Part shown: in pieces, positions 26,076 through 37,598 of the stretch
How positions within the stretch are numbered: position 1 is the stretch's first letter
How the letters are laid out: each line of letters opens with the position of its first letter
DNA from: Peribolospora baueri
Lineage: Eukaryota
NCBI GenBank assembly: GCA_029717555.1
Contig: JAMDHS010000039.1
Span: forward strand, 62,001 to 126,000
Direction: 5' to 3'
DNA length: 64,000 bases
Program-made: the position numbers and the translations under genes
Notes under the pieces: generated by a model
Database searches by the model: none
What the model was told of the DNA's origin: nothing
The model's input: only the letters and a program-made list of their open reading frames with translations

Positions 26076-27632
26076 GGCCGTTGGGGAAGCCGTGACGTCG
26101 CGCTGAGCGACGTAATGTGGTGGAAGAGGATAGAAAGAAGGACGGGACGGGCTGCGAGGGAGAGAAAGCACGATGCGTGCATGTGCTGTGCTGTGCTGTC
26201 TGTCCTTTGAGATGCCAGCCAGGTCAGTCCGTCCCAGTATCAGCAAGGACGACGCCAGCCGTTTGTTCGTTGACTGGAGATCGAGCGAGGGACGAAAGAC
26301 GAGGTGAGGAGGTTAAGATAGGGACAGGTCCAGCGAGTCGCACCTCGGACGACGACCGCTTCTTCTCCGTCTCGTCGATGGAGGTGGAGGCCAGACAGAC
26401 ACCCAACCAACCGACAGTCACCCGGACTGACACATATATCCCTCCACTTAGCCGACCGCGGCTCATGATCGACCAACTCGTTGTCGCTTGGGCCGCCTTG
26501 GCCTTGGCGCTCGGCCTGACATCTTCACCCACTCCGGCGACCCGATTTCTCCGGCCGGATTTGACGCAAGCGGTTTGCCTCCGGATTTGACGGACGGGCC
26601 TGCCGAGGTTCCGGCAGAAACGAGATATCGCATCGCATCGCCATCAAAGCCCGTACTCGGGTCCTCGGCATCTGCTCGAGACATGCACGGCCACGAAAGG
26701 GAGGATGCTGTGGCGAAAGGGTGAGCGAGCCAGCCGGCTCAGACGACGACGATGTATCTATCTATCTGTCTATCTCTCTGGTTTGCGCCGTGCCTTGCCG
26801 GCAGAGCAGACGCTTCCGGGCTGCCATAGGGTCACGCGAGATACGAGATGGCAGACACCCATGCTTGCCATCGGCCTGTGATCGATGGTGAGCTGGGCCG
26901 ACTCCGCCCCCCACCGGTCAACTCGTGGCGAAGGGATCGGGGAAATTGACCCGGCGCTTGGAGACGGAACGGCTGAACCATCTGCCCGTCATTTGGATAT
27001 TCGAAACCGACGACGCAATGAGCTCCATGCTCCGTGACGTACTGCTCCATCATGCTCTTAAAATAGTTCTCCAAAGCATGTAACAGCCTTGAGCTGAGGC
27101 AAAGGCGACCGGCGTGGTGCTGACCGAGGCGACGGGGTTGTCGACGGAGAAGGAAAGGGAGCCGGGTTGCTCGTCGTCTTCGAAGGCCTCGGCAGGGCAC
27201 AGCATGCTTATACGGAAGTACGCAGCGATGCCACGGCGAGACGGGGTTCCAAAATCCCGTCTGTCCCTCATAGTGCAGTTCCGTGGTTGTGGCCGTTCCT
27301 TCGCCGCAGGGAATAGTTAAGATGACGACGTGGAGGTCGTGCGACTTAACGGTCCTCGGCTTTCCTTCATGTTCTTTTGCCAGTCCGTCCATGGATGGAG
27401 GGAGAAGATAGCAGACGTCGACGGAATGGCAGGCAAGGTGGTCTTCGCCGACGTGCATCACGTGCACCGCAGCCGCACACTTCCGACCGATCACCTCCTG
27501 GACGGACGCTTATAGAGATGCAATATCATGTTCACTTGACCGTCACGCACGCCGGCCGTGTCGTCTGCATTGCCCTGTCTGCCCCGCCTCTGTTTCCCCT
27601 TCCCTATCGCACCCCCTCCACCGCCCTCCAAG

Positions 27633-30600
27633 CTGGACCGTTTCCGACGACTCGACGTTACCAAGTCCTCCGTCGGCGCTCTCCTCTTCGCCGACGAGGA
27701 GGTGGTCTCCCTTCAGGATGGGGTCGGCCTCTATGATGGGTGAGTGTGGTGTGGCGCATCGTGAGAGAAGGCGATCGGTCAGGGCGAAGGGAAAGAGGAA
27801 CGTCCTATGATGAGGCTATGATGAGGAGGATTGGTGTCGACCAGCGGTGCCATTGGCCGGACGCATCTGGAGGTTGCGAGAGCCGCTGTTCCTTTTTGTT
27901 GCGCTTACACCCGGCATCATTGGATCCACGATCTGCCGTCCTCCAGCAAACAAAAGACACCCGATCAGATGAGCGGAACAGTGTATCTCACCTCTCATCG
28001 ACTTTTGTACGTCGACGACCGCCTTCCCCATCGCAACTCTTGCTCTTTAGACCTAATCTACGTCCAGCAGAGCGAGTTTTATGCCGGTTTCCTCAAGAGC
28101 TCGCCCAAGATCACCTTGCAGCTGGCGCCGGTGGAGGGACCTTCAACACTGGAAGGAGCGGCGTGGAATGTCCAAAGTCAAGACAGAGCTGGGGCAAGAT
28201 TGGGAGGATCGAACCTTGGGAGCGGCATCGAGTCAGGGAGAGAGCGGGAGCGGCTGAGAACCAAATCAACCTCCGGCTTATCCGCCTCAAGAGCAAGCGC
28301 CTGGCCGAACAAGGAAGCGAGGGACCTCTTCCAGCACCAGCAAGAGCTCACGACGTGGGTGTGCCGAGTGTGCAGCTATCGAAACCCCGCTCCTCCGATC
28401 GCATCGGTTTCTGCAGCCGCACCTCCACGATGCGAGCTCTGCGGCGTACCTCGAGACGTCGGCGCCGGCACATCTTCGTCCACTTCCAACGCTTCTCCCA
28501 AGCCCAGCCGACCCGTCTCCACGAACGGCTCATTGTTCCTCTCTGCGGAAGCCCCGAGCGCAGTAGGCTCTTCTTCGTCTTTGTATCCCAACTCCTCCGT
28601 AGGGTCTTCTTCCTTGCTCTCCTCCTCCGTGCCCACCCCCGCCTCCGCTTTTGCCTCCTCTGATCCCCGCCTCATTGATACGGCCGCCGCACGCTCATCT
28701 TCCACCGCATCCATCTCGCCTCCATCGCGAACGCCTCAAGACGGAATCTCCTGCCCAACATGCACCTTCCTCAATCACCCATCGATGCTCAAATGCGAAC
28801 TCTGCGATACCCCGTTAGGCACACATGTGCCTGGCCTCCTCGCACCCGTTCTAGATTTGTCCGCGTCTCTGCCGTCTTCTTCTGGTGCTGCTGCTGTTGG
28901 TGCGACCCGCCGATCCGTCGCTCCCCTTGGGCGACCCTCTTCAACCCCTCTTCCGGATCACGAAAGCATCACGGGTACATCGGATCCCGCCGAGGGCTTC
29001 TCTTTATCCAGAGCCTCTACTCCCGCGTCGCAGAATGCGGTTCATAGCGGCCGCGCTGGAGTCGCGGGGGGCGGCAGCGGTGGCGCGGGAGGGAGAGATG
29101 GATCGTCAGCGATGAACGACTCGGTCCGACTGAGCTTCAGAAGAGGAGGCGATCGGGCCTTTTACGATTTGCTCAAGGAGACGCTGCTGAGCAAGGCTTG
29201 GACGCGGGATGTGAGTATCCGGTCGGGAGGAGAGGCGCCTCTACGTCGGAAGGACGATTTGGTTTCGATCACCCGCGCTGACTGTGTTCCTTTTTCCTCT
29301 TCTTGTCACCCCACAAGCCCTCGTTGAATCTTAGCGATAATCGGGCTCGCTCCGCTCCTCTTGGACCGTCCAGGTTCGGTGTGCCAGATATCGACGGAAG
29401 AGCAGATAAGCACAAAGCTGGTATCGGTGAGTGGCTCCGCTTTCTAATCTCCACAAGCCCCTTGTCCGAGCCACTGTTGATGTTGGTCCCTCTGCCTTGG
29501 TTTCCCTTCCACTCACGTACAAAGACGGGATCCTGAGGAGCGTCGACACGAACGCGAGGGTGCAAGGGGATGACATGCAGAACGCACTCAAGGACTTGGA
29601 GGCTTTGATGGCAAAGGCGAAAGACATGGTAAGAAGGGCCGCCACTTGGGTTCTTTCTTCGGCAGCCCTTCGTTGGTCCTTCCCTAGTTTACCGAGCTCA
29701 TCATCCTTCCAATACGACTTGCCTCGCAATAGGTCAAGTTGGCCGAAGCTCTAAACACCAAGCTCACGCAGCAGGAGCAAGCTCGGGCGCAGCGCCTCGC
29801 AGCGACGGGCTCGGACGGGGGAGGGATGGCATCTTCTTCGTCCGCGTCCATTCCCGCAGCGCCGTCGGACGAAGCGGCCACACTCATCCGGTCCTCGCTC
29901 GTCCGCCTCGGTCTGCCGGCGCCCGCGGTAACGGCGGACATGATTAAGGACGAGAGGGACTACCATCGCGAACTCGGCAGGGAGCTGGCTGGCTTGCTCC
30001 TCGGAACGACGGGGGATGGGAGGAGCGAGGGTCTCATGGGACGGGGACGGGTGAGGAGGAAGGTGAGAGGGAGGGGAGGGAGGGAGGAAGGGGAGGAGGA
30101 GAGGCTTCCAGTCGTGGAAGAGAACGGGAGAGGTATCGTCGGGCTCGACGAGGTTTGGTGCGTTTGGAATCGGGCCAGAGGCGTCGGTGAGTGTCTGTCT
30201 GGGTTCCCCCTTTCGGCCGCCGTCATCCTTCGTAACTACCTAACAAGCATGCACTCCACACTCATCTTGCCATTGCAGCTCTCATTCCTCCCCGAGCGCT
30301 CAAGGACGCCTCCGTCTACCTTCCCTCTCTCACCTCACCACCCATCACCCTCCGCACCTTCCGATCAGGCCTCGCCGTCCTGCACACTCCCCGCTTCTCC
30401 GATCAGGCCATCGCGACTCGCATCGTCGACTTTCTCTCTTCTCGAGGCCGAGGTGGAGGGCGGCGCGCCGACGATGAGGAGGAGCAAGAAACTGAGACGG
30501 AAGCAGAAGAGGGACGTACGGGGGTCACAGACCGAGGTCAAGGATGGGGAGCGACGACACTTGAGGTGGCCCGCGCGGAGGATGTGTCGGTCGTGCTGGC

Positions 30601-30733
30601 CGGCGAGCTGGTCGAATCGGTGGAGATGAGCACGGGAGCGGTGGTGAGGGACGACGGGGCGAAGGGCGGAACGCGGTGGTACCTCAACCTGATCGTCGGC
30701 TACGCGTGGGAAGATCCGAACGCGCGGCGGTAA
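27633..30733 (+). CDS. VPS36: ESCRT-II subunit Vps36 (split GLUE domain, two NZF zinc fingers, EAP30 domain); start codon uncertain
   Basis: QDGVGLYDG, GTVYLTSHRLLYVD, YAGFLKSSPKI, WVCRVC..CELC, CPTCTFLNHPSMLKCELCD, RLSFRRGG, ALKDLEALMAKAKDM, VWNRARG and VVRDD...WYLN. Confidence 0.93.
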
Positions 30734-30797
30734 AACGTTGCATTGCTCTCCGGAGGGCGAGGGGCGAGCGGGGAGCATGGGTGCGCAGGGGATCCGA

Positions 30798-30836
30798 ACA
30801 TGACATGACATGACATGGTCCGTGATCGTGATCGTG
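30798..30836. repeat. Short (CATGA)n and (CGTGAT)n simple repeats downstream of VPS36
   Basis: Read directly. Confidence 0.7.
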
Positions 30837-31248
30837 ATAATGTTGTACTACTTGGGAGCCATGCTTGCTGCTGAAACGCCAAGCAAGTACGGACAGGATC
30901 CGAGCGCTCGGAAAAAGCGTTGGTCCGCCGGGACTCGGACTCGGAGTCGCTGCGTGAACGGGAACGGATCCCCGGACCGGCGACGCGGGGTTGGTGGTAC
31001 CTAACCGAGAGAGTTATAGCGGACGACTTGCGTGCCTGTTACCTGCCGTGCTCGAGTGGCACGTGAGTGGGTGGATATTCGATCAGGCACGGATTCTGAT
31101 TGATTATGAGGTGGCGCAGGTTATGTAACGGTAGATACAAGGGACGGTCGGGATGGACGCACCTCGTACAATCTCCATCTCTTCCCTTCGTCATCCCTTC
31201 CTTCGTCTCTGCCTACCGATCCTCCAAGCTCGCACCGAGCTCGGCTCC

Positions 31249-32610
31249 ATGGCGACGACAGACGGCCCTTCCTCGTCAAGCCCTCGTCGGGCCTCACTGC
31301 AGGCCGGCGTCGCGATGGACGACGCTTTCTTCGACTCGCTCCGCGCCATTTGGACTCGTTCCTCCGCCGGCTCTGGCTCCACCACCGCTGCCTCTCGCTC
31401 GGAATCGACACCGTCCCACCCTTCCTCCCCTTACGCCCCCCTCCTCCTCCCCATCCTCCTCGTTGCCCCTCCTTCCTTCCCACAGACCGCACACGACCTC
31501 GTCCTCGGCGCCTTTCGACATACCGTACACAGGCTCGCTCCTTACGGCGGCGGGAGTGGAGAGGATGATGCGGCGGCGGCTTGGGGAGACGCATTGGCGG
31601 ATGACCGGTTGCCTCCTGTCTTGCGTGTGGCTATGGAGGAGGAGGCGGGGGAGGGGGACCATGGCGAGGGCCTCAAACACAAGCTTGCTCAGCTCTCGGG
31701 AACGGACATGGCCGTACTCGTCCTCACGCTCAGGGTGCGAGAGGCGCTCGTCAAGAGTTGGCCCCGTGAGTTGTCTACCCATCCATCTATCGTCTTATCT
31801 CCACGTCCACCCTGCCGTCCATCTATGTGTGAGATGACATGGATCGATGTGTGAGATGCATGGATGGATATATGTATGCGACGGGCTCCATTGACACGCA
31901 ACGACGCCATACCCATCCTCCTCCTCCATATCCATTCATCGCCCGCCCGAACAGTCGTCGGTTTCCCGCGCCTCATCGCCCCCCTCTCCATGATCTCCGC
32001 CCACCTCTCCTCCGCCCACGCCCACATAGCCTCTCTTGTGACCGCGCTTGAACACAAGGTCAAGGTGAACACGCCCACGACGCTCGTCAACCTCCACGCG
32101 CCCAATCTCCACCCCGACGCTCCCCGTCCGCCCGTGAGCAGGGGCATGGAGCTGTTCGAATCCACTTACGAGCGATATGCCTCCAAGGTGTTGCATAACC
32201 TCGGCTCCGCCCACCCCAGCTTGCCCACCAGTGCGCTCAGCCTCATCTACACGCCCGTGCTCAGCAAGGACGAGGTGCTCCTTCCCCATCCCCTCCTCAC
32301 AAGCCTACTGAGCCTCGAGATCTGCTTCGCTCTCGGCCTCGCCCCACAGACGAAGGGCCATTTGGGAGGCGCGAGAAACTCGCTGAGGAAATGGAGAGAG
32401 GCGAACGATCGGCCCCGAGCGCCAGCCGTTGGACGGGGTGGCGAAGCGGGCGCATCCGACGATGCGGAGCGTAGCTCCAGCGCGCGAACCAGGCATCCCG
32501 ATGACGAGCGACTCTTGCAACTCGTCCTCCGCGTCGCCGACACCGTCATGCGGCGCTTTGGCACGGCGCCTAACGACCTCGATGCCATGGGACTCGGCGA
32601 GCTGCTTTGA
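31249..32610 (+). CDS. AhpD/carboxymuconolactone-decarboxylase-like protein (fungal Pxp2-like), two exons
   Basis: Splicing GTGAGT (about 31766) to CAG (about 31953) restores REALVKSWPLVGFPRLI. Then RGMELFESTY...L.SAHPSL....IY..VLS and PQTKGHLGGARN, the pattern of this fungal family. Confidence 0.65.
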
Positions 32611-32961
32611 CCGGGACGGGACAAGCAAGGCTTTCTAAAGCAAGGACGAGGATTGTAGTGCCCGCCCATAAGTGGCATCGCATGCCGCACCGTTCACCGT
32701 CGTCTCGGTGTGTCGACGACTCTTACTTATTGGATTTGTAGAGGACAGGTAAATCTTAGAGGACGCGGACCGTACCAACGACCCTTCCGACTGTTGCCTT
32801 CGAGCACTGACTCCGACGGATACGAGCGACGATGATGGTCGCGGATGTTCAGACTTCTGCACGAGTAAACCATCTAATCGCATGGACTAGCCCTTGTATG
32901 GGACGTACAAGACTGCGTTGCACAGCCGAGAACGCAACAGCCAAACCACCATCGTTCCCCC

Positions 32962-35180
32962 TCATTGCAACTTGGTCGCCTGTCGCGCGCGGTCGCGAAC
33001 AAGATCGAAATCAGATCACCTGTCCCACTACCGCCGGCTTTGTAGCAACTGCGCAAGAAAAGATAAGCAACGATGAGAGCTCACCTTCTTGTAGAGACTG
33101 TCCACCACGTTGCCGACATGCTTGAGCGCCTCGAGCGACGCGGTGTACGTTTTCTGCAAGACAGTAATGAAGGAAGGAGCCCATGTCAGTTCCGATGGCC
33201 GTGTCAAGAAAGGGGGGCGCGGAGGAAAGAGGCTCAGACACGCACGTCTTCCTCCCGCTCGTCGAAGACGACAACACAACCTGCGCCTTGATCAAGGACG
33301 CCGTGCAGGACGCGGTCGAGGATCATTTGGCTGAGCCTTTGGGGACGAAAATGAGGGTAGATGCCTTCGGTGAATGACAAGGTCTGATTACACCAGCTTG
33401 ACTGCTCTCTGTAGCAACCCGCTCTACGAGCAGCGATCACTCACTTCTGTTCCACCGACCGAACCGGTTGCTTCACCTGCGCCGCCACGTACTCGATCTC
33501 CACCTTGCTGTACGGCTCGATGATCCGCAAGAGGTTCTGCTCGAGCAGCGTGTCGTAAAGCGCTGCGAGGTGGTTGCGGATGATGGGGTCGTTGGAGAGT
33601 TCTGTGGAACGGTGAGGTGAGAGAAGCGGCGAGGCGAGGCATAAGTAAAGCTTTGTATGTATGATAGCATGTAAAAGCAAATAAATAGAGGTTGGTAAAG
33701 CGGGCGACCACTCACCGTCCTTATAATCCTTAAGCGCCTTCTCGAATTCCTCCAAGCTCCTGTTCTCATGCGCCATGGCCACGGCCTTCATCGCGTCCAC
33801 CTCCCTCCCCGCGTACTTTTGCGCGGACTTGCCTGCGATGATGGCGTTCACGTCGTCCGGCTGTGATACAGAACAGTTACGTTGCATGAAGATTGTGGGT
33901 TGAGTGAACGGCATGGACGATTATGTAGATTGCGAGGATGATGAAGGGCCAGGGTATCGCAGGCTCACCAGGTTGAGCATAATCTTGCACAGAAGCATGT
34001 ATTTGAGCGCTGCCGGCGCTCGTGGGTCCTCTTGGCTCGAGAACCCTTCCAACGTCTCAATGAAGTACGAATACCTGAGAGAGAAAAATGGGCGGAGACA
34101 CGTCGACTTGGTCAGCATCGCAGCCACACGTACGCCCATGTGGTGATGGGCCATCCACCGGGAGGCGAACACTCACGCAGTAGCATAGTCCTTGTCCTCC
34201 GCGTGTAGCACGCCGCTCTGCATGTCAAGCTGGGCTTGGAGCAACGGCGGACAGTAGATGGCGTTCGCCGACGTCTTTGCGGACGTGAGGGCTGCCTATG
34301 AACCGGAAACAGGGAAAAGCAAATTAAGCATAGACACTAGGGTCACGTACCGTTCATCGTTCAGGGCGCTGGGAAACTCGAAATTGCGCGAAACGCACCT
34401 TGGCCTTTGGCAGGTTGGACAAAGCGTGGTTGACGCGAGACTCTAGCAGGTGGACCTCGGTGAGAATAAGTTTGTCATCGAGGCGCTTGAGTTCTTTGAG
34501 CAGATCGGTGATGAGAGCGAGCGCCTCGCGGTAGCTCCGGTTGTCGAAGTAGCTGCGAGGGATAGATTGAAGGCATCCAACGAGCCGGTCAGAGCGGCGT
34601 ATGTCTTAGAGGAGGGTGATAGCACCACATGATGGTGGCCTCCCATATTTTCTATGCCGACACTCACAGAGCAATTAAGCGCGTCTCGAGGCTCTGTTTC
34701 AAAAAGATGCGCTTTTCCGACCTGGCCCAGTCCACTGCATCCTTTGTCACTTCGATCTGGAGATCAATGCTGTTGGGGATGTCGTTGAAAAAGTCGATAA
34801 GCGTGCGGGCTACGCGCAGGCGAGAAGAAAGCAGGAAGGGTATGAACGGTCAGCTTGTCATGAACTTTTGAGCGCAGGAAGAAAAGGGTAGAAAGAGGAG
34901 CGGGGACGCACTGAGCTTAGCCGTCTTCGCCTTTGCGATCTGGCCCATGAACGTTCGGGAAGAGCGCACGAGCTCTGCGAGCTCTTGAGGTTTGCTGCGA
35001 GCGGGAGATCATGGGCGGCATGTGAGCTCGCATACTTCGCACCGGCGTACGAGAAAGAACGGCAGCTCACTTCTGATCCCGGTAGAGTCGTCCGAGCTCG
35101 AGGAGCGCTTCTTCCTGTTCTCGAGGGTCGCTCGCCGCGGCGAGCTTCTGTGCGGCCTCCACCGTCGGATCGGGTGCCAT
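32962..35180 (-). CDS. RPN6: 26S proteasome lid subunit Rpn6 (PCI domain)
   Basis: [91 protein letters not shown] and [15 protein letters not shown]. Confidence 0.96.
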
Positions 35181-35407
35181 GACCAAGGACGAGGGAGGAG
35201 ATGGAGGTCAGTTGGGAGGGTGGCGCGGCGTTGTCGTGGGTAGTGATGATGATGGTGGTCGTCGGTGATCGTCCTCCGTCGTCTTCTCGCCGCTGACTGC
35301 TCCGCCTCGCCTCGATCGACGACGCGCGTCGCTCTTCGCGCTCGATCATTACTCGACCCTCGACCAGCCGCCACCAACACCACCGCCGCACACCATCACC
35401 GACACTC

Positions 35408-37223
35408 ATGTCAGACGAAGACGTCGTGCCTCCCATTCCCAATCAGAAGCTGCCGCAATGGCGCTTCGTCGCCGGCAACGACAAGCTCTCATCGTCACAG
35501 AGACAGCAGGCCTTGTCCAATTTGCTCAAGGGCGTGGAGGCGGACGGTGAGTGCTTGCACGTTCCTCTGGCCTGCATGCACATTAGCCAGGAATGAGCAG
35601 CAGGGGCTGACGAGTGTCCATGCCGCATCTTTTCACTACGCCCCCGGTCTATCACTGCGACGCGCTCTATTCGCAGAGATGGCCCCCTATCTAGAATCTC
35701 TCTACGAAGACCCATCCCTCCAACTCGTCAGAGACACCGCGCTGCTGGACCGCCTGCGACAACGGAACGAGGAGGAGCTCAAGAAACTTGACGAGCGCAT
35801 TGAGGACGCTCAGCAAAACTTGGGCGAGACCGAGGTCAGCGACGCCTTGAGAGCCAAGGCGAGCTATCTGGCTCGGATCGGGGAGAAGGTGCGCGAGACT
35901 TGTTCCTTAGAACCAGTCTGTTTCGTCTCGTCTCGGCTCTGCAGGGCTAGATGGCTCATGTTAGCACCGCGACCCCTACGACGTCTATCCAGGAGCGCGC
36001 GATGAAGGCACACAAGGTTGCATTGGAGAAGCAGGCAGGCCTCGGCTCGCGGATGGACCTCGTGCTCTCCCAGATCCGCATCGGTCTCTTCCACGGTGAC
36101 CCTGAGATCACCACGGCCAGCATTGCAAAGGCCAAGGAGTGAGTTTGCCGGATCGCGTTCTGGCGCCCTCGGCTAGCTTTCTGGTCCCTTCGCTTACATT
36201 TTCGGCCGCTCCCCTACCCCAGCTTGGTGAATGATGGTGGCGACTGGGACCGACGCAACCGCCTCAAGGTGTACGAGGGCGTTTGGCTGCTGTCCATTCG
36301 AGACTTCAAGACCGGAGGCTCTCTTCTCCTCGACGCACTGTCTACCTTCACCGCGTCGGAGATTATTGACTATGTCGACTTCGTCACCTTGACTGTCTTG
36401 GCAAACATGATCGTTCTCAAACGACCGGATATCAAGAAGAAGGTGAGCTGCTCTCCGCCCTGACGGCTTCGTTTTCGTCTGAGAGATCTCGAAACGTGTT
36501 TGTTCACATTCCTTCGGCCCTTACAGCTTATCGACTCGCCAGAAGTGCTCCAAGTCGTCGACGAGGTGCCTCATCTGCGTGACTTCACCACGTCGCTTTA
36601 CAATACTGATTATGCAAAGTTCTTCCGAGCCTTGGGTGAGTCACTACTCCTATCAGGCTGCGAAGGGATTCGGTGAGTTTTTTGATGGCCCCAGTGTCGC
36701 TCATTCGTCCCGTTGCACGATGTCCTCCTCCAGGCGATGTGGAAGAAACACACATTATCCCCTCCCGCATCTTCGCCCCTCATGCCCGCTACTACGTGCG
36801 CGAGATGAGGATCATCGCCTACGCCCAACTGCTCGAGAGCTATCGTTCGCTCACCATGGCCAACATGTGCCAGGCATTCGGCGTCGGAGAGGAGTTTATG
36901 GACGCGTGAGTTTAGTGACCCGTCGGCCTGCTTTTTCTTGCCTCAACTTTACACGGACACACACCTTCGTCCGTCCACTCTGTCCGCTCATACGTTCTCA
37001 CGTTGTCGACTGGTCCCCTTCGACCCTCATATGGCTCCTTCCTCGACTCCCCAGTGAGCTCTCCCGCTTCATCTCTGCAGGCCGACTGAACGCAGTGATC
37101 GACAAGGTGAACAACATCATCGAGACCAACCGTCCGGACGCCAAGAACGCTCAGTACGAACAGGTCGTCAAGCAAGGCGACGTACTACTCAACTCGATTC
37201 ACAAGCTCAGTCGGGTCATCTAG
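35408..37223 (+). CDS. RPN7: 26S proteasome lid subunit Rpn7 (PCI domain)
   Basis: [70 protein letters not shown] and [16 protein letters not shown]. Confidence 0.97.
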
Positions 37224-37598
37224 ATTTCTTCTCGCTGCGCCAATCGGGTCGGCCGCAAGTGGGACATGTCTGTCGCTTTCGTCGCTCGTTGTTGTGTCGT
37301 CCGTCCGTCCGTCGGTTGACGAGATCGGTTGCGGAATAAAAGAAAAGCGGAGGGACTGTGGGTTACTCGAGGGGGAGGGGGGCGGGGGGGGGATGGATGT
37401 ACTAATATCGAGAATCGATACGCAATATCCTGGAAGAAGAGGCGTGCGAGGAAGGTAGAGTCGTCTCAGACGGTCTCATCATGCCTTCGCCGGCCTTGTC
37501 CTCCTCGACCGGCGGGACGGTGCGTCGTGGGCAGTGTTGCTCAGACTGCGTTGGACGAGCGTCGGTGGCTAGCCTTCTGCATCCGTCAGGTCTGCTTT

